Counted from the first letter of the stretch, positions 17,884-28,435 are shown. The stretch is DNA of 64,000 nt from Candidatus Iainarchaeum sp. (GCA_026413945.1 JAOAJX010000001.1:1-64000), one strand, 5' to 3'. The notes: generated by a model not told the origin, from the sequence alone. A program made the numbers and translations.

Positions 17884-19650
17884 TTATTTTATGCTTAAAT
17901 CTGGGCAGCGCTCTCTTATTTCATTTTTAAGGGAATTGGTAAAATCATCAAATAGAAGGTTCTTTTTAATTGCCCCGCTTCTTGACCTTAAAGTAACGGT
18001 GCTATTTTTCTCTTCTAAATCGCCCAAAATCAGCATATAGGGTATTTTTTCCAGCTGTGCAGAAAGTATTTTCTTTGAAAGGGTTTCTTTGCCATAGTCT
18101 GCATTAGCACGAATTCCTTGGCCCTTGAGTAAATCTACAATTTTTTTAGCATAGTTGTTGTTTTTGTCTGATATTGGTATAACTCTAACCTGCACTGGTG
18201 AAAGCCATGTTGGCAAAGCGCCAGCGTAATGCTCTATAAGCACACCCATAAACCTTTCAATCGAACCCAGTATTGCGCGATGTATCATCACAGGCCTGTG
18301 TTTTTTATCATCAGCACCAATATAAAAAAGACCAAACTTCTCAGGCATGGAAAAGTCAACTTGTATGGTTGCGCACTGCCATTCTCTTTCTAATGAATCC
18401 TTTATATGAAAATCAATCTTAGGCCCATAGAAGGCACCTTCACCTTCTCTTATTTTGTAACTTAGCCCAAGATCTCTAAGTGCATCTTTAAGTGAATTCG
18501 TTGCTTGAGCCCACTGCTCTTCGCTGCCCATTGAGTTTTCTGGCCTTGTGCTTAGCTCAATCTCATAATCGCTAAAGCCAAAGGCAGAGTAAATCTTTTT
18601 TGTAAGAAGGATTATCTTCTTTATCTCTTCTTTAAGTTGTTCCTCCGTGCAGAAGATGTGCGCATCATCTTGTGTGAACTTTCTCACCCTAAATAACCCA
18701 TGTAATACACCACTACGCTCATGTCTGTGAACAATACCAAGCTCAGCAAACTTGATTGGTAGCTCTTTGTATGAACGCCGTTTCTCTTTATATATTAAAA
18801 TGTGGCCCGGGCAATTCATTGGCTTGACAGCAAAGCTTCTATCATCTATTTCAGTGAAGTACATGTTTTTTCTGTAATGATCCCAATGCCCAGACATAAC
18901 CCATAAGCTTTTGCTCAGTATTATTGGAGTCATAACAAAATTGTAGTTTTCTTTTCTATGCAAGTCTTTCCAAAAGCTTATTATCTCATCCCAAATAATG
19001 GTACCCTTTGGTAAAAAGAAGGGAAAGCCGGGTGCTTCTTCGTGTTGTGAAAAAATCTCGAGCTCTTTGCCAATAGTAATATGGTTTCTTTCACCAACTT
19101 CCTCAACATGCTTTAGGTAAGCGTTAAGTTCATCTATGCTTGGAAATGCTATGCCATAAATCCGCTGTAGCATTTGGTTCTTCTCTGAGCCGCGCCAATA
19201 TGCCCCAGCTACGCGAAGAAGCTTAAAGGCCTTTATTTCTGATGTGCTTTCAATGTGTGGGCCTTTGCAAAGATCAACGAATTTTCCATGCTTATAAATT
19301 GTTAGTTGGCCTTCTATTTCCTCTATCAATTCTAACTTATATGGCTCATCCTTGAAAAGTCTTTTTGCTTCTGATTTTTTAACCTCTTCTTTTTCAAACT
19401 TAAGATTTCTTGAAATTATTTCCTTCATTTTCACCTCTATCTTTCTCAAGTCATCTTCGGTAAAAGGCCTCTTAACATCGAAATCATAGTAGAAGCCAAT
19501 CTTTGCTGCCGGTCCTATGCCAAGCTTCGCCTCTGGAAAAAGCTCTTTGACTGCATCAGCCAAAACATGTGAGGCTGAATGCCAAAGCTTTTTGTAGTAC
19601 TCAGCATCTCCTTTTATGAAACTTGACATGCAAAAAAATATTGATAACAA
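17884..19650 (-). CDS. thrS: Threonine--tRNA ligase, bacterial type
   Basis: Editing domain HSASH..GFYYD..DLCKGPH; KPMNCPGH, FTQDDAH, FYGPKID, HRAILGSIERF; start may be ATG 19629. Confidence 0.97.
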   Translation of the reverse strand: MLSIFFCMSSFIKGDAEYYKKLWHSASHVLADAVKELFPEAKLGIGPAAKIGFYYDFDVKRPFTEDDLRKIEVKMKEIISRNLKFEKEEVKKSEAKRLFKDEPYKLELIEEIEGQLTIYKHGKFVDLCKGPHIESTSEIKAFKLLRVAGAYWRGSEKNQMLQRIYGIAFPSIDELNAYLKHVEEVGERNHITIGKELEIFSQHEEAPGFPFFLPKGTIIWDEIISFWKDLHRKENYNFVMTPIILSKSLWVMSGHWDHYRKNMYFTEIDDRSFAVKPMNCPGHILIYKEKRRSYKELPIKFAELGIVHRHERSGVLHGLFRVRKFTQDDAHIFCTEEQLKEEIKKIILLTKKIYSAFGFSDYEIELSTRPENSMGSEEQWAQATNSLKDALRDLGLSYKIREGEGAFYGPKIDFHIKDSLEREWQCATIQVDFSMPEKFGLFYIGADDKKHRPVMIHRAILGSIERFMGVLIEHYAGALPTWLSPVQVRVIPISDKNNNYAKKIVDLLKGQGIRANADYGKETLSKKILSAQLEKIPYMLILGDLEEKNSTVTLRSRSGAIKKNLLFDDFTNSLKNEIRERCPDLSIK

Positions 19651-19738
19651 AGGTTTAAATAAAAGTTGCCTTTTTAACGGAAAGATGGCTTAAAAACAAA
19701 TATTTTTTGGAGGCAAATTATTAATCATAGGGACAAAC

Positions 19739-20977
19739 GTGCTAGAAAAGAATCTGTGCTTAAGATGTAAGGGTAAGATGTTTTGTGGCCTTGGCTACTG
19801 CCCTCTGCTTACAAGCTATTCGGCAAAGGCCAAAGCAACAGCTTTCTCTGGAGAGCTTTTTCGAGGTGCATCTCCCCCAAGTGTTTTTGTGTCATGGCAA
19901 AATTATCCAAAAGTAACGGTTAGCCCATTAAGCACAAACATAAGCGAGGATGTCTCTTTCTTTGACAGCCCTGAAAAATGGTATGGGTTAAGTGCAGAGC
20001 GCATAATTGAAATGCGATCTTCTCTTCTTATGGCTGGAAAAAAATTTTATGTTTATAGTGCTCAGAAACCAGCGCAAGATTTGCAAGCAATACAGGAACT
20101 TGTGATGAGTTCTTCTGACGTCTCGGTTGAATTAACCCTTGAGAAGAAACCAGGGGCGGAACTCTCTTTCTGCAATTTCTTTGGGCCTATTGGTCCAAAA
20201 GCAACTCTGCAAAAAATAAAACTGGTGGAAAATCCAAAGATCGATAGGAAAGTTGATTATTTGGTGCACGATTATGATGCAAGTGCAATAGAAGTTATCA
20301 TGGAGCTTTATGAAAAAGGTTTTAATACGTCTTTTTTGCAAAAGCTTTTGAACATAGGTCTTCTCGGCAGAGGTAATAAAAGAAAAATCGTACCTACAAG
20401 GTGGGCCATTACTGCTGTTGATTCTAACGTAAGCAAAAAACTTATAGAAAACTACGTTAAAGAATATGAAAAAATCGATTTATATGAGGTCTATAACTCA
20501 TTCTATCTTGATAACGATTTCTGGGTGCTTTTATTGCCAGAAAAATGGTCTTTTGAGCAACTTGAGTGCTGGCTTCCCGGAAGTGTTTGGATGCAGAAGG
20601 AAAAAGAGCATCACATAATACAAGATCACGAGCTTTATAATGGCAGGAAGAATTATGCTGAAAACGTTGAAGGAGCATATTATGCAGCGCGCCTTGCAGT
20701 TGCTGAGCATCTCACAAAAAGAAAAAAGCAGGCAGCATGCATTGTTTTCAGAGAGATATCTGAAAAATATGCCGTGCCTTTAGGAGTATGGCAGATAAGA
20801 GAAAATGTAAGGTATGCGCTTAAGCAAAAGCCAGTGTGCTTTTGCACATTAGATGATGCAATTGCATTCCTTTCTGGGAAACTAAAAATTCCAATTGAAC
20901 AATACCTTAAAGCTTCTGAGTTAATAAAGCATTTTAAAAAGCAAAAGAAAATTGCACAATGGTTTGATAAAAACTAG
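19739..20977 (+). CDS. nreA: Nre family DNA repair protein
   Basis: N-terminal CxxCKG..CG..CP, SPPSVFV, VPTRWAITAVD, GAYYAARLAV, PLGVWQIRENVR; C-terminal PIP-like QKKIAQWF. Confidence 0.92.
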   Translation: MLEKNLCLRCKGKMFCGLGYCPLLTSYSAKAKATAFSGELFRGASPPSVFVSWQNYPKVTVSPLSTNISEDVSFFDSPEKWYGLSAERIIEMRSSLLMAGKKFYVYSAQKPAQDLQAIQELVMSSSDVSVELTLEKKPGAELSFCNFFGPIGPKATLQKIKLVENPKIDRKVDYLVHDYDASAIEVIMELYEKGFNTSFLQKLLNIGLLGRGNKRKIVPTRWAITAVDSNVSKKLIENYVKEYEKIDLYEVYNSFYLDNDFWVLLLPEKWSFEQLECWLPGSVWMQKEKEHHIIQDHELYNGRKNYAENVEGAYYAARLAVAEHLTKRKKQAACIVFREISEKYAVPLGVWQIRENVRYALKQKPVCFCTLDDAIAFLSGKLKIPIEQYLKASELIKHFKKQKKIAQWFDKN

Positions 20978-20980
20978 ATT

Positions 20981-21943
20981 TTAAGAGTATTTCATGAATT
21001 GTGCAAGCATAGCTTCAAGTTGTATGCGTTCGTTTGCACCCTCAACTATGCGATAGTTGTATTCAGCAATAACGTTGACAAGATCAATTTTAACTCTTGT
21101 AGGTATTGCTTTTTCGTCCATCTCTATGAGCTCACGATACACTTGTATAATTATATCCTCACCACTCATGCCATAATCATACATGAGCTTAGTGAGCATT
21201 TCTCTTGCTTCAATAAATTTTTTACTAAAGGCTAGTTTTATCAATTCTCTTATCTCAACAGGTCTTGCCCTGCTCGAAACGCTATAAACAATTTTGTCTG
21301 TTATTTTTTTTCCTAGGAAGGCTGACCCTTGTAATATATTTATTGCCTTTCTTAAGTCGCCTTCGCTTGCATAAACTATTGCATCGTATGCTGAATCTTC
21401 AACATCAAGCTTTTCGTGCTTTGCTATTTCAGATAGTTTTTTCTTAATCTCAGCATCTGTGAGCGGTGAAAATCTAAATATAACACAACGTGACTGTATT
21501 GGCTCGATTATTCTTGAAGAATAGTTGCAAGAAAGTATGAAACGTGCTGTTTTGGTGTAGCATTCCATGGTTCTACGCAATGCCTGTTGGGCATCTGCAG
21601 TTAATGCATCTGCTTCATCGAGGAATATTATTTTGAAGTCTGCATTAAATGCAAGTGTTCTTGCAAAGTCTTTTATCGTGTTTCTCACAACATCTATGCC
21701 TCGTTCATCACTTGCATTCAGCTCTAGAAAATTTTGTTTGAACCCTTGCTCCCCAAAAAGTGCTTTAGCAAGGACAATTGCGCTGCTTGTTTTTCCAACA
21801 CCTGCAGGCCCAGAGTAAAGTTGATTTGGAACATTTCTGCTCCTAGCGTAACTATTTAGGCGCTCTATTATGCTGCTTTGGCCAACTATTTCTGACAAGC
21901 TTTTTGGCCTGTATTTTTCAACCCATGGAATTTCTACTTGCAA
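20981..21943 (-). CDS. rfcS: Replication factor C small subunit
   Basis: WVEKYRP, GPAGVGKT, ELNASDERG, LDEAD, SRC. Confidence 0.97.
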   Translation of the reverse strand: MQVEIPWVEKYRPKSLSEIVGQSSIIERLNSYARSRNVPNQLYSGPAGVGKTSSAIVLAKALFGEQGFKQNFLELNASDERGIDVVRNTIKDFARTLAFNADFKIIFLDEADALTADAQQALRRTMECYTKTARFILSCNYSSRIIEPIQSRCVIFRFSPLTDAEIKKKLSEIAKHEKLDVEDSAYDAIVYASEGDLRKAINILQGSAFLGKKITDKIVYSVSSRARPVEIRELIKLAFSKKFIEAREMLTKLMYDYGMSGEDIIIQVYRELIEMDEKAIPTRVKIDLVNVIAEYNYRIVEGANERIQLEAMLAQFMKYS

Positions 21944-22045
21944 GCAAACACCTTTATGAAAGGTTGTTCAAAAGAGTTTTTAAAGTAAACTCGGCTAAAG
22001 ATAAAGAATATAAAATATTCAACATCTATATTTTCTGTGGTTTGA

Positions 22046-22678
22046 ATGAAACTCAGTGAGAGACAAACAAAGTATATAATAGTGGCTATTTTTGCTATTT
22101 TGAGCTATGCGCTTACATACTTTGCAGTAATTGCGTTGAGAGAATGGGGCGTTAAGCTGTATGATTGGTCTTTCACCTCGAAGAAATATAACGCGATGTA
22201 TAGTTTTGCACCAATAGCTGCATTTGTGCTCGTTTTCTTTGGGCTTATTTATTGGAAAGGCCAATTCAATGAAAAAGTTCCTGCTTTAATTTTTATTTAC
22301 ATTGTTGGAATAATTGCATTGCTTTTCGCCTTTTGGCTAAATCTTTGGTTTTTCTATAGTGATCGAGCAAGTATGATTATAGGAGGCGCGAAAGCAGAGA
22401 TTGAAAGAATAAATCTTTTGCGACCAGATCTTGGTGTTACATTGGATGCAAGCTACAGTGTTTGCTTGGTGAATTGTAACCAGCAAAGTGGCTTTGGCTG
22501 CAATCAGAGCAATGAAGGTAAAGAAATACTATTGAGGTGTGAGGTGAATTACCTCAGCGAGTTTTATCAGTCGGCTTTTTTTCCATTTTGGCTTTCATCG
22601 ATATTTTCAGGAATCTTTTTCTTTGCGTATGTTTTAATAGAAGGCATTATTTGGAAAAAGAGCACTAAACATAACTAA
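22046..22678 (+). CDS. Membrane protein of unknown function (about 4 TM, Cys-containing loop)
   Basis: Hydrophobicity pattern; same strand as and directly upstream of mtaB. Confidence 0.65.
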   Translation: MKLSERQTKYIIVAIFAILSYALTYFAVIALREWGVKLYDWSFTSKKYNAMYSFAPIAAFVLVFFGLIYWKGQFNEKVPALIFIYIVGIIALLFAFWLNLWFFYSDRASMIIGGAKAEIERINLLRPDLGVTLDASYSVCLVNCNQQSGFGCNQSNEGKEILLRCEVNYLSEFYQSAFFPFWLSSIFSGIFFFAYVLIEGIIWKKSTKHN

Positions 22679-22692
22679 GATTTTGATAGTTT

Positions 22693-23940
22693 ATGGCAAG
22701 GTTTTATATAGAATGGCACGGTTGCTCCCTAAATAAAGCAGATACTGAAAAGTTAAGGGCTGCACTAATAAGCTCAGGCCATGAACTAGTTGATAATCCT
22801 GAAAAAGCTGATTTTTGCATAATAAATACCTGTGCTGTAAAGTCACCAACTGAAGAAAAGATTATTTCAAGGCTTAAAGTTCTAAGAGAAATTGCAAACA
22901 AGAATAAAATGAAAATAATCGTCGCTGGTTGTCTGGTGGAAATAAATAGAGAGCGTGCTGAAAAAACAGTGCCTGAAGCAATGCTTTTTGGAGTTCATCC
23001 TGAAGAGCTTGGCAGCTATATTGGCTTAAAGCTATCATATGGTCCAACAGCAAAGGCTTTGCCTTATAACAAGTGTATCTCAATAATTCCTGTTGCGAGG
23101 GGCTGTTTGAACAGATGCTCATATTGCTGTGTAAACATAGCGAGAGGAAAGCTAAGAAGCTATTATCCAATTGAGGTAGAAAAAGCTTTTAGATCAGCTG
23201 TGAGAAGATCTCGTGAAATTTGGCTAACTGCAACTGACCTAGCATGTTACGGCTTTGACATTGGCACTGACATTTCAAAGCTAATTGAAAAGCTTCTTGA
23301 GAACAGAGGAGATTATAGGGTGCGCCTGGGTATGCTAAATCCGCAACACACTAAAAAATATTTTAGTCATTTGCTCAAAGCAATGGAAGATGAGCGCGTC
23401 TACAAATTTTTCCATATTCCTGTTCAGAGTGGCTCTGACCGTGTGCTTATAAAGATGAGGCGTGGCTATAAAATAAAAGATTTTGAAAAAATGTTGAAGG
23501 AAATACGATCAAAGTTTCCTGAAGCAACAATTGCAACTGACATAATTGTGGGCTTTCCTGGTGAAAGCCATAAGGACTTTGAAAAAACACTTGAACTTAT
23601 TGAGAAAACAAGGCCTGATATAGTGAACATTTCCAAGTTTGGCAAAAGGCCCGGCACAGCTATTGTGGAAAAACAGCTTCCCAGCAAAATAATCAAAGAA
23701 AGAAGTGAAGTTATATCAAATCTTATTAGGCAAATAACACTTGAAAGAAACATGGTCTTTGTTGGCAGAAAAATGAATGTCTTGTTTTCAGAAAAAGGTG
23801 CAAAAAGCGGTTTTTTAGGTCGTGCCTTTAATTATAAGCCAGTATTAGTTGATAATGCTAAGCTATGTAGTTTTGGAGAAGTATTAATTAAAAAGGCCCA
23901 TGTTACACATCTTGAGGGTGAAATAATTGCTGCCAAGTAA
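22693..23940 (+). CDS. mtaB: tRNA methylthiotransferase (MtaB/MiaB-like radical SAM, TRAM domain)
   Basis: GCSLN..D, INTCAVK, GCLNRCSYC, HIPVQSGS, TDIIVGFPGE. Confidence 0.9.
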   Translation: MARFYIEWHGCSLNKADTEKLRAALISSGHELVDNPEKADFCIINTCAVKSPTEEKIISRLKVLREIANKNKMKIIVAGCLVEINRERAEKTVPEAMLFGVHPEELGSYIGLKLSYGPTAKALPYNKCISIIPVARGCLNRCSYCCVNIARGKLRSYYPIEVEKAFRSAVRRSREIWLTATDLACYGFDIGTDISKLIEKLLENRGDYRVRLGMLNPQHTKKYFSHLLKAMEDERVYKFFHIPVQSGSDRVLIKMRRGYKIKDFEKMLKEIRSKFPEATIATDIIVGFPGESHKDFEKTLELIEKTRPDIVNISKFGKRPGTAIVEKQLPSKIIKERSEVISNLIRQITLERNMVFVGRKMNVLFSEKGAKSGFLGRAFNYKPVLVDNAKLCSFGEVLIKKAHVTHLEGEIIAAK

Positions 23941-23986
23941 TTTTTTGGATAATTGTTTATATTCTTATTTTTATATTAGTTAAAAT

Positions 23987-25513
23987 ATGGGTAAAAAAGA
24001 TGGGGCTTCAAATAAAGGCAAATTTTACATAACTACAGCAATAGACTATCCAAACGCTGATCCTCACATAGGTCATGCTTATGAAAAACTATGTGCGGAC
24101 GTTATTGCGAGATGGCATCGCCTCCTTGGTGAAGAGGTTTTTTTCCTTACAGGAACTGATGAGCATGGGCTAAAAATAATGCGTTCTGCACAAAAAGCTG
24201 GTTTAACACCGAAGGAGTTTGTAGACAAGCAATCATTAAAGTTCGTTGAACTTTGTAGGCGTTGGAACATAAGCAATAACCGCTTCATAAGGACTACTGA
24301 AGAAGAGCACATAAGGGTTGCTCAGGAAATATTCAACAAGATTTATAAAAAAGGAGACATATACCTTGGGCAATATGTAGGCCCTTACTGCACAGATTGT
24401 GAAACATTTTACACTGAAAAAGACCTCAAGAACGGCCTTTGTCCTGTGCATGCAAAAAAATGCGAAATAGTGAAAGAGGAATCATATTTTTTTAAGCTGA
24501 GTAAATACAAGGAATTCATACTAGAATATATTGACAAAAGAGATGATTCGATTAAACCAGATGGCAAGAAGGAGGAAATAAAAAACAGACTCAAAGCAGG
24601 TCTTGAGGATTTAAGTGTATCTAGGACTAGTTTTGATTGGGGTGTTCCCGTCCCAAAAAACCCGAAACATGTGCAATATGTTTGGATTGATGCTCTAATT
24701 AACTACATAAGCGGGGTTGATTATCCAAAAGAGCGCTTCAGAAAGTTTTGGCCTGCTGATGTTCACATAATAGGAAAGGACATTGTATGGCACCACACAG
24801 TAATATGGTGGAGCATATTGAAGGCGGCTGGCATAAAATTGCCAAAAACAGTATTAGTCCATGGCTTTATATTGAGTGAGGGCGGGGAAAAAATGAGTAA
24901 GAGCTCTGGCAAGGTTATAAATCCAATTGAACTTGCAGATAAGTACAATATAGATGCTGTAAGATATTATTTGATAAGAGAAACACCATTTGGCGAGGAT
25001 GGGTATTTTTCTGAATCAAAATTGATCGAAAGAAACAACACTGAGCTTGCGAATGATGTTGGAAATTTTGCTAATAGGGTATTAGCACTGATTTCACAAA
25101 AAAGCCAAGGTGTTATACCAAAAGGTGAACTTGACAGAGAAATAGTTGCAAAGCTTAATATTGAAAAGATAAAAAAACACTTTGAAAGATTTGAGCTTCA
25201 TTTAGCGCTTGCTGAGATAATGGGCTTTGTAAAGCAATGTAATCAATACATAAATGAGAAAGAGCCATGGAAAAAAAGTGGCGTGGAGCTAAATAACTTG
25301 CTCTATACTCTAGCAGAATGTCTATATGCAATAGCCGTTATGCTTAGTGCTTTTATGCCAGCCACATCAGATAAGATTGCTAAGGCACTCAAAACTGAGG
25401 TTGCTTCCTTAAAAGATATTTTCTCTGGAAAGTGTCTAACCCAGAGCAAAGTTGAAAGCAGATGCATATTATTTGAAAAAATATTGGCTGATAACAAAGC
25501 GAAAACATTTTAA
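23987..25513 (+). CDS. metG: Methionine--tRNA ligase (short, bacterial-like)
   Basis: YITTAIDY, HIGH, TGTDEHG, YVWIDAL, GKDI, KMSKS. Confidence 0.96.
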   Translation: MGKKDGASNKGKFYITTAIDYPNADPHIGHAYEKLCADVIARWHRLLGEEVFFLTGTDEHGLKIMRSAQKAGLTPKEFVDKQSLKFVELCRRWNISNNRFIRTTEEEHIRVAQEIFNKIYKKGDIYLGQYVGPYCTDCETFYTEKDLKNGLCPVHAKKCEIVKEESYFFKLSKYKEFILEYIDKRDDSIKPDGKKEEIKNRLKAGLEDLSVSRTSFDWGVPVPKNPKHVQYVWIDALINYISGVDYPKERFRKFWPADVHIIGKDIVWHHTVIWWSILKAAGIKLPKTVLVHGFILSEGGEKMSKSSGKVINPIELADKYNIDAVRYYLIRETPFGEDGYFSESKLIERNNTELANDVGNFANRVLALISQKSQGVIPKGELDREIVAKLNIEKIKKHFERFELHLALAEIMGFVKQCNQYINEKEPWKKSGVELNNLLYTLAECLYAIAVMLSAFMPATSDKIAKALKTEVASLKDIFSGKCLTQSKVESRCILFEKILADNKAKTF

Positions 25514-25549
25514 TATTTCATTTGTTTTATATAGTAAGGAGGTTAGACT

Positions 25550-26107
25550 ATGGTCTTAATGTGGGTTTTAGTCGGCATTATCGTTGTACTACTTGTAATT
25601 ATAGTTGCTCTATACAACAGCTTAGTCGCAACGAGAAACAGGGTAAAAAATGCATGGTCGCAGATAGATGTGCAGCTTAAAAGAAGGGCAGACCTTGTGC
25701 CAAACCTTGTGGAAACAGTGAAAGGCTATATGAAGCATGAAAGGGCAACTCTTGAAGCTGTAACAAAAGCAAGGGCTGCTCTTGTGAGTGCAACAACCGT
25801 GAAAGAAAAAGCACAGGCAACAAATATGCTAACTGGCGCACTGAAGAGCTTGTTTGCCGTGGCTGAAAGTTACCCTGATTTAAAGGCAAGCCAAAACTTT
25901 TTGCAGTTACAAGAGGAGTTGAGCGGCATCGAAAACAAAATTGCGTATGCAAGACAATTCTATAACGACTCAGTAATGAGCTACGACATAGCATTACAGA
26001 AATTTCCTACAAACATGATTGCAGGAATCTTCGGCTTCAAGAAAGAGTTTGATTACTTTGAAGCTGGAGAAGCAGAAAGGGCAACTCCAAAAGTAAGCTT
26101 CGAGTGA
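25550..26107 (+). CDS. lemA: LemA family protein
   Basis: [36 protein letters not shown]. Confidence 0.96.
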   Translation: MVLMWVLVGIIVVLLVIIVALYNSLVATRNRVKNAWSQIDVQLKRRADLVPNLVETVKGYMKHERATLEAVTKARAALVSATTVKEKAQATNMLTGALKSLFAVAESYPDLKASQNFLQLQEELSGIENKIAYARQFYNDSVMSYDIALQKFPTNMIAGIFGFKKEFDYFEAGEAERATPKVSFE

Positions 26108-27003
26108 GTGTCATGCAGATGTGGGATGCTGCCGCTGCGAACAGGCGCAACGGCGCAATCATCCTTTTTATTTTTATACTTTTCATATTTGGTCTTGTCT
26201 GGTTGATTAACTATATTTTTGCCTTCGGAGAAATCTTCCTTGTATTGGCTCTATTTATTGCATTTATATTCAGCTTTTCATCATATTATTATTCTGACAA
26301 AATAGTTCTTATGATAAGTGGAGCAAAGCCTGTAAGCCGAGAAGAAAATCCTTATCTTTATCACCTTGTTGATGGTTTAGCGATAGCTGCTGGAATTCCG
26401 AAACCGAGATGTTACATAATAGAAGACACGGCACCAAACGCTTTTGCAACAGGTAGGAATCCAGAAAATGCCGTCATATGTGTCACAAGTGGGCTTCTAA
26501 GCAAAATGAATAGAGCAGAGCTTGAAGGAGTTATAGCCCATGAAATGTCTCACATTAAAAATTATGACATAAGGTATATGGCAATTGTTGCTGTTTTGGT
26601 TGGAACTGTTGTATTGCTCAGCGATTGGATGTTTAGGGCATTTCTTTGGGGGGGCAGTCGCAGAAGCAGGGAAAGTAGGGGCGGCGGTTTAATCGTAGTT
26701 ATTGCAATAATTGCGGCAATAATCGCTCCGATAGTTGCTACTTTGATAAAGCTTGCGTTATCAAGGCAGCGCGAATATTTAGCTGATGCTGATGCTGTTG
26801 CCTTAACGCGTTATCCTGAAGGGCTTGCTTCTGCACTTGAGAAACTCGCGGCAGATAAAGAACCTTTGGAAGCAGCCAATAGGGCAACTGCACATCTTTA
26901 CATAGTAAACCCTTTAAAAAGCGATATTGGTAGCAAAGTTGCTGGACTCTTCAGCACACATCCGCCAATAGAGGAAAGGATAAAAAGGTTAAGGGCCATG
27001 TAG
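26104..27003 (+). CDS. htpX: HtpX-like M48 zinc metalloprotease
   Basis: [32 protein letters not shown]. Confidence 0.95.
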   Translation: MSVMQMWDAAAANRRNGAIILFIFILFIFGLVWLINYIFAFGEIFLVLALFIAFIFSFSSYYYSDKIVLMISGAKPVSREENPYLYHLVDGLAIAAGIPKPRCYIIEDTAPNAFATGRNPENAVICVTSGLLSKMNRAELEGVIAHEMSHIKNYDIRYMAIVAVLVGTVVLLSDWMFRAFLWGGSRRSRESRGGGLIVVIAIIAAIIAPIVATLIKLALSRQREYLADADAVALTRYPEGLASALEKLAADKEPLEAANRATAHLYIVNPLKSDIGSKVAGLFSTHPPIEERIKRLRAM

Positions 27004-27132
27004 CTAGCGCTTTTTAGGTGGCTTTGCAGCCCTCTTTAATTTCGGCTGCTGCCTTTTTTGCTGCTTTTTTGTGCCAAACAATGCACTCATTCTTGCTGCG
27101 AGATATGCTGTAGAAGGCCTTATTATAGGCAT
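27004..27132 (-). CDS. Candidate 42-aa basic microprotein
   Basis: MPIIRPSTAYLAARMSALFGTKKQQKRQQPKLKRAAKPPKKR; GTGA RBS-like and TTATAAA upstream; fills the gap between htpX and tRNA-Ser. Confidence 0.45.
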   Translation of the reverse strand: MPIIRPSTAYLAARMSALFGTKKQQKRQQPKLKRAAKPPKKR

Positions 27133-27186
27133 ATTATCACAAAATTAAAGATGGAAAAACTTGTTTATAATACTTTGTATAACATA

Positions 27187-27286
27187 CGCCGAGGGTGGGA
27201 TTCGAACCCACGAGTGCTTTCGCACACCAGCTTTCCCGAAAATTGAATCTCGAGGCTGGCGCATTGGACCGCTCTGCCACCTCGGC
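27187..27286 (-). tRNA. tRNA-Ser(CGA) with 16-nt intron at 37/38 (27233-27248)
   Basis: Cloverleaf GCCGAGG..., anticodon stem CCAGC/GCTGG, long variable arm, GTTCGAATC, G discriminator. Confidence 0.93.
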
Positions 27287-27313
27287 ACATAAATAGCTTC
27301 CTTGAAAGTGTTT

Positions 27314-28435
27314 TTAATTGCTTTTAGATTCAATTAAACTCGAGATTCTCTCTTTAATTCGCATCTCGCGGTATGCCTGCTCTATTGCGCTTTGTGATAT
27401 GACACCTACAAGAACGCCTGAGTCAAAAATTGGCACTAGAGCATAGCCTTTTGTCATAAATTTTTCAAATATTTTATTCGGTGGCATATCTATGCTAATT
27501 GGCTCTGGAAAAAAAGCGTAGCTGCTTACAGGTTCAAGAAAATTTATTTTCTCTGGGAGATTTTCAAGATCTAATACGCCATATTTGCCAGAACCAAAAT
27601 CAACTAAGCAAGCAAACTTCTTCTTTGATAGCATATGCCTTATTGCAGAACCGATTGGCTGAGTTGATTCTATTATAAGTGGTTTTTTGTTTATAAGGCT
27701 TTTTAAATTTATTTTTGCGAGGGAGCTTTTTGCTTCGATAAATCTTGCTTCTTCCCGTGAACCAAAAAATATGAAAACTGCAATCACCATAAGTATTATG
27801 CTTTGCAATGCAAAGCTTACCATGAAAAGAATAATTGCTATTACGGCGCTTATTGTTGTTACAATCCTTGTTGCCTTGACAGTGCCCATTTTCATGCTTA
27901 GTAAAGATCTCAGAACGCGGCCTCCGTCCATCGGTAAAGCTGGCAAGAAAAGGTTGAATGAGCCAAGCATTAGGTTGACATAAAGCAACGTGAAGAACGG
28001 GTAGTAAAGGAAGGCTCTGTCAATATCTGCTGCAGTTGTTTTACTTGAAAGAAGATGCCAAGGGAAAAAAGATGGCAAAAAGGTTACTATGAGAATTACA
28101 GCAATAACTACTGAGAAGTTGAATATGGGACCGCTTACTGAGATAAGAAATTCATCTCTTGGATTTTCAGGAATTTCTTCTGCAACTGCAACACCGCCTA
28201 TCGGCAAAAGTACTATTCTTTGCACCGAAATACCACGATTTATCGATACAATGCTGTGCGTAAGCTCGTGAAGAATGACACTCATAAAAAGGAAAAAGAA
28301 AAGCATTGCTGTAGATAACATGCTTTCAATGCCTTCAGCCAGAGCTGAAAAGAGTATGAATAAAACCAAAAGAATGAAGGACCAGTGCAATTCTATTGCA
28401 ACGCCAAAAGGCCTTCCAAGAACAAGAGAACGCAT
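27314..28435 (-). CDS. Site-2 protease (M50) with CBS domains
   Basis: HELTH, LPIGGVA, NLFLPALPMDGGR, C-terminal CBS pair. Confidence 0.93.
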   Translation of the reverse strand: MRSLVLGRPFGVAIELHWSFILLVLFILFSALAEGIESMLSTAMLFFFLFMSVILHELTHSIVSINRGISVQRIVLLPIGGVAVAEEIPENPRDEFLISVSGPIFNFSVVIAVILIVTFLPSFFPWHLLSSKTTAADIDRAFLYYPFFTLLYVNLMLGSFNLFLPALPMDGGRVLRSLLSMKMGTVKATRIVTTISAVIAIILFMVSFALQSIILMVIAVFIFFGSREEARFIEAKSSLAKINLKSLINKKPLIIESTQPIGSAIRHMLSKKKFACLVDFGSGKYGVLDLENLPEKINFLEPVSSYAFFPEPISIDMPPNKIFEKFMTKGYALVPIFDSGVLVGVISQSAIEQAYREMRIKERISSLIESKSN

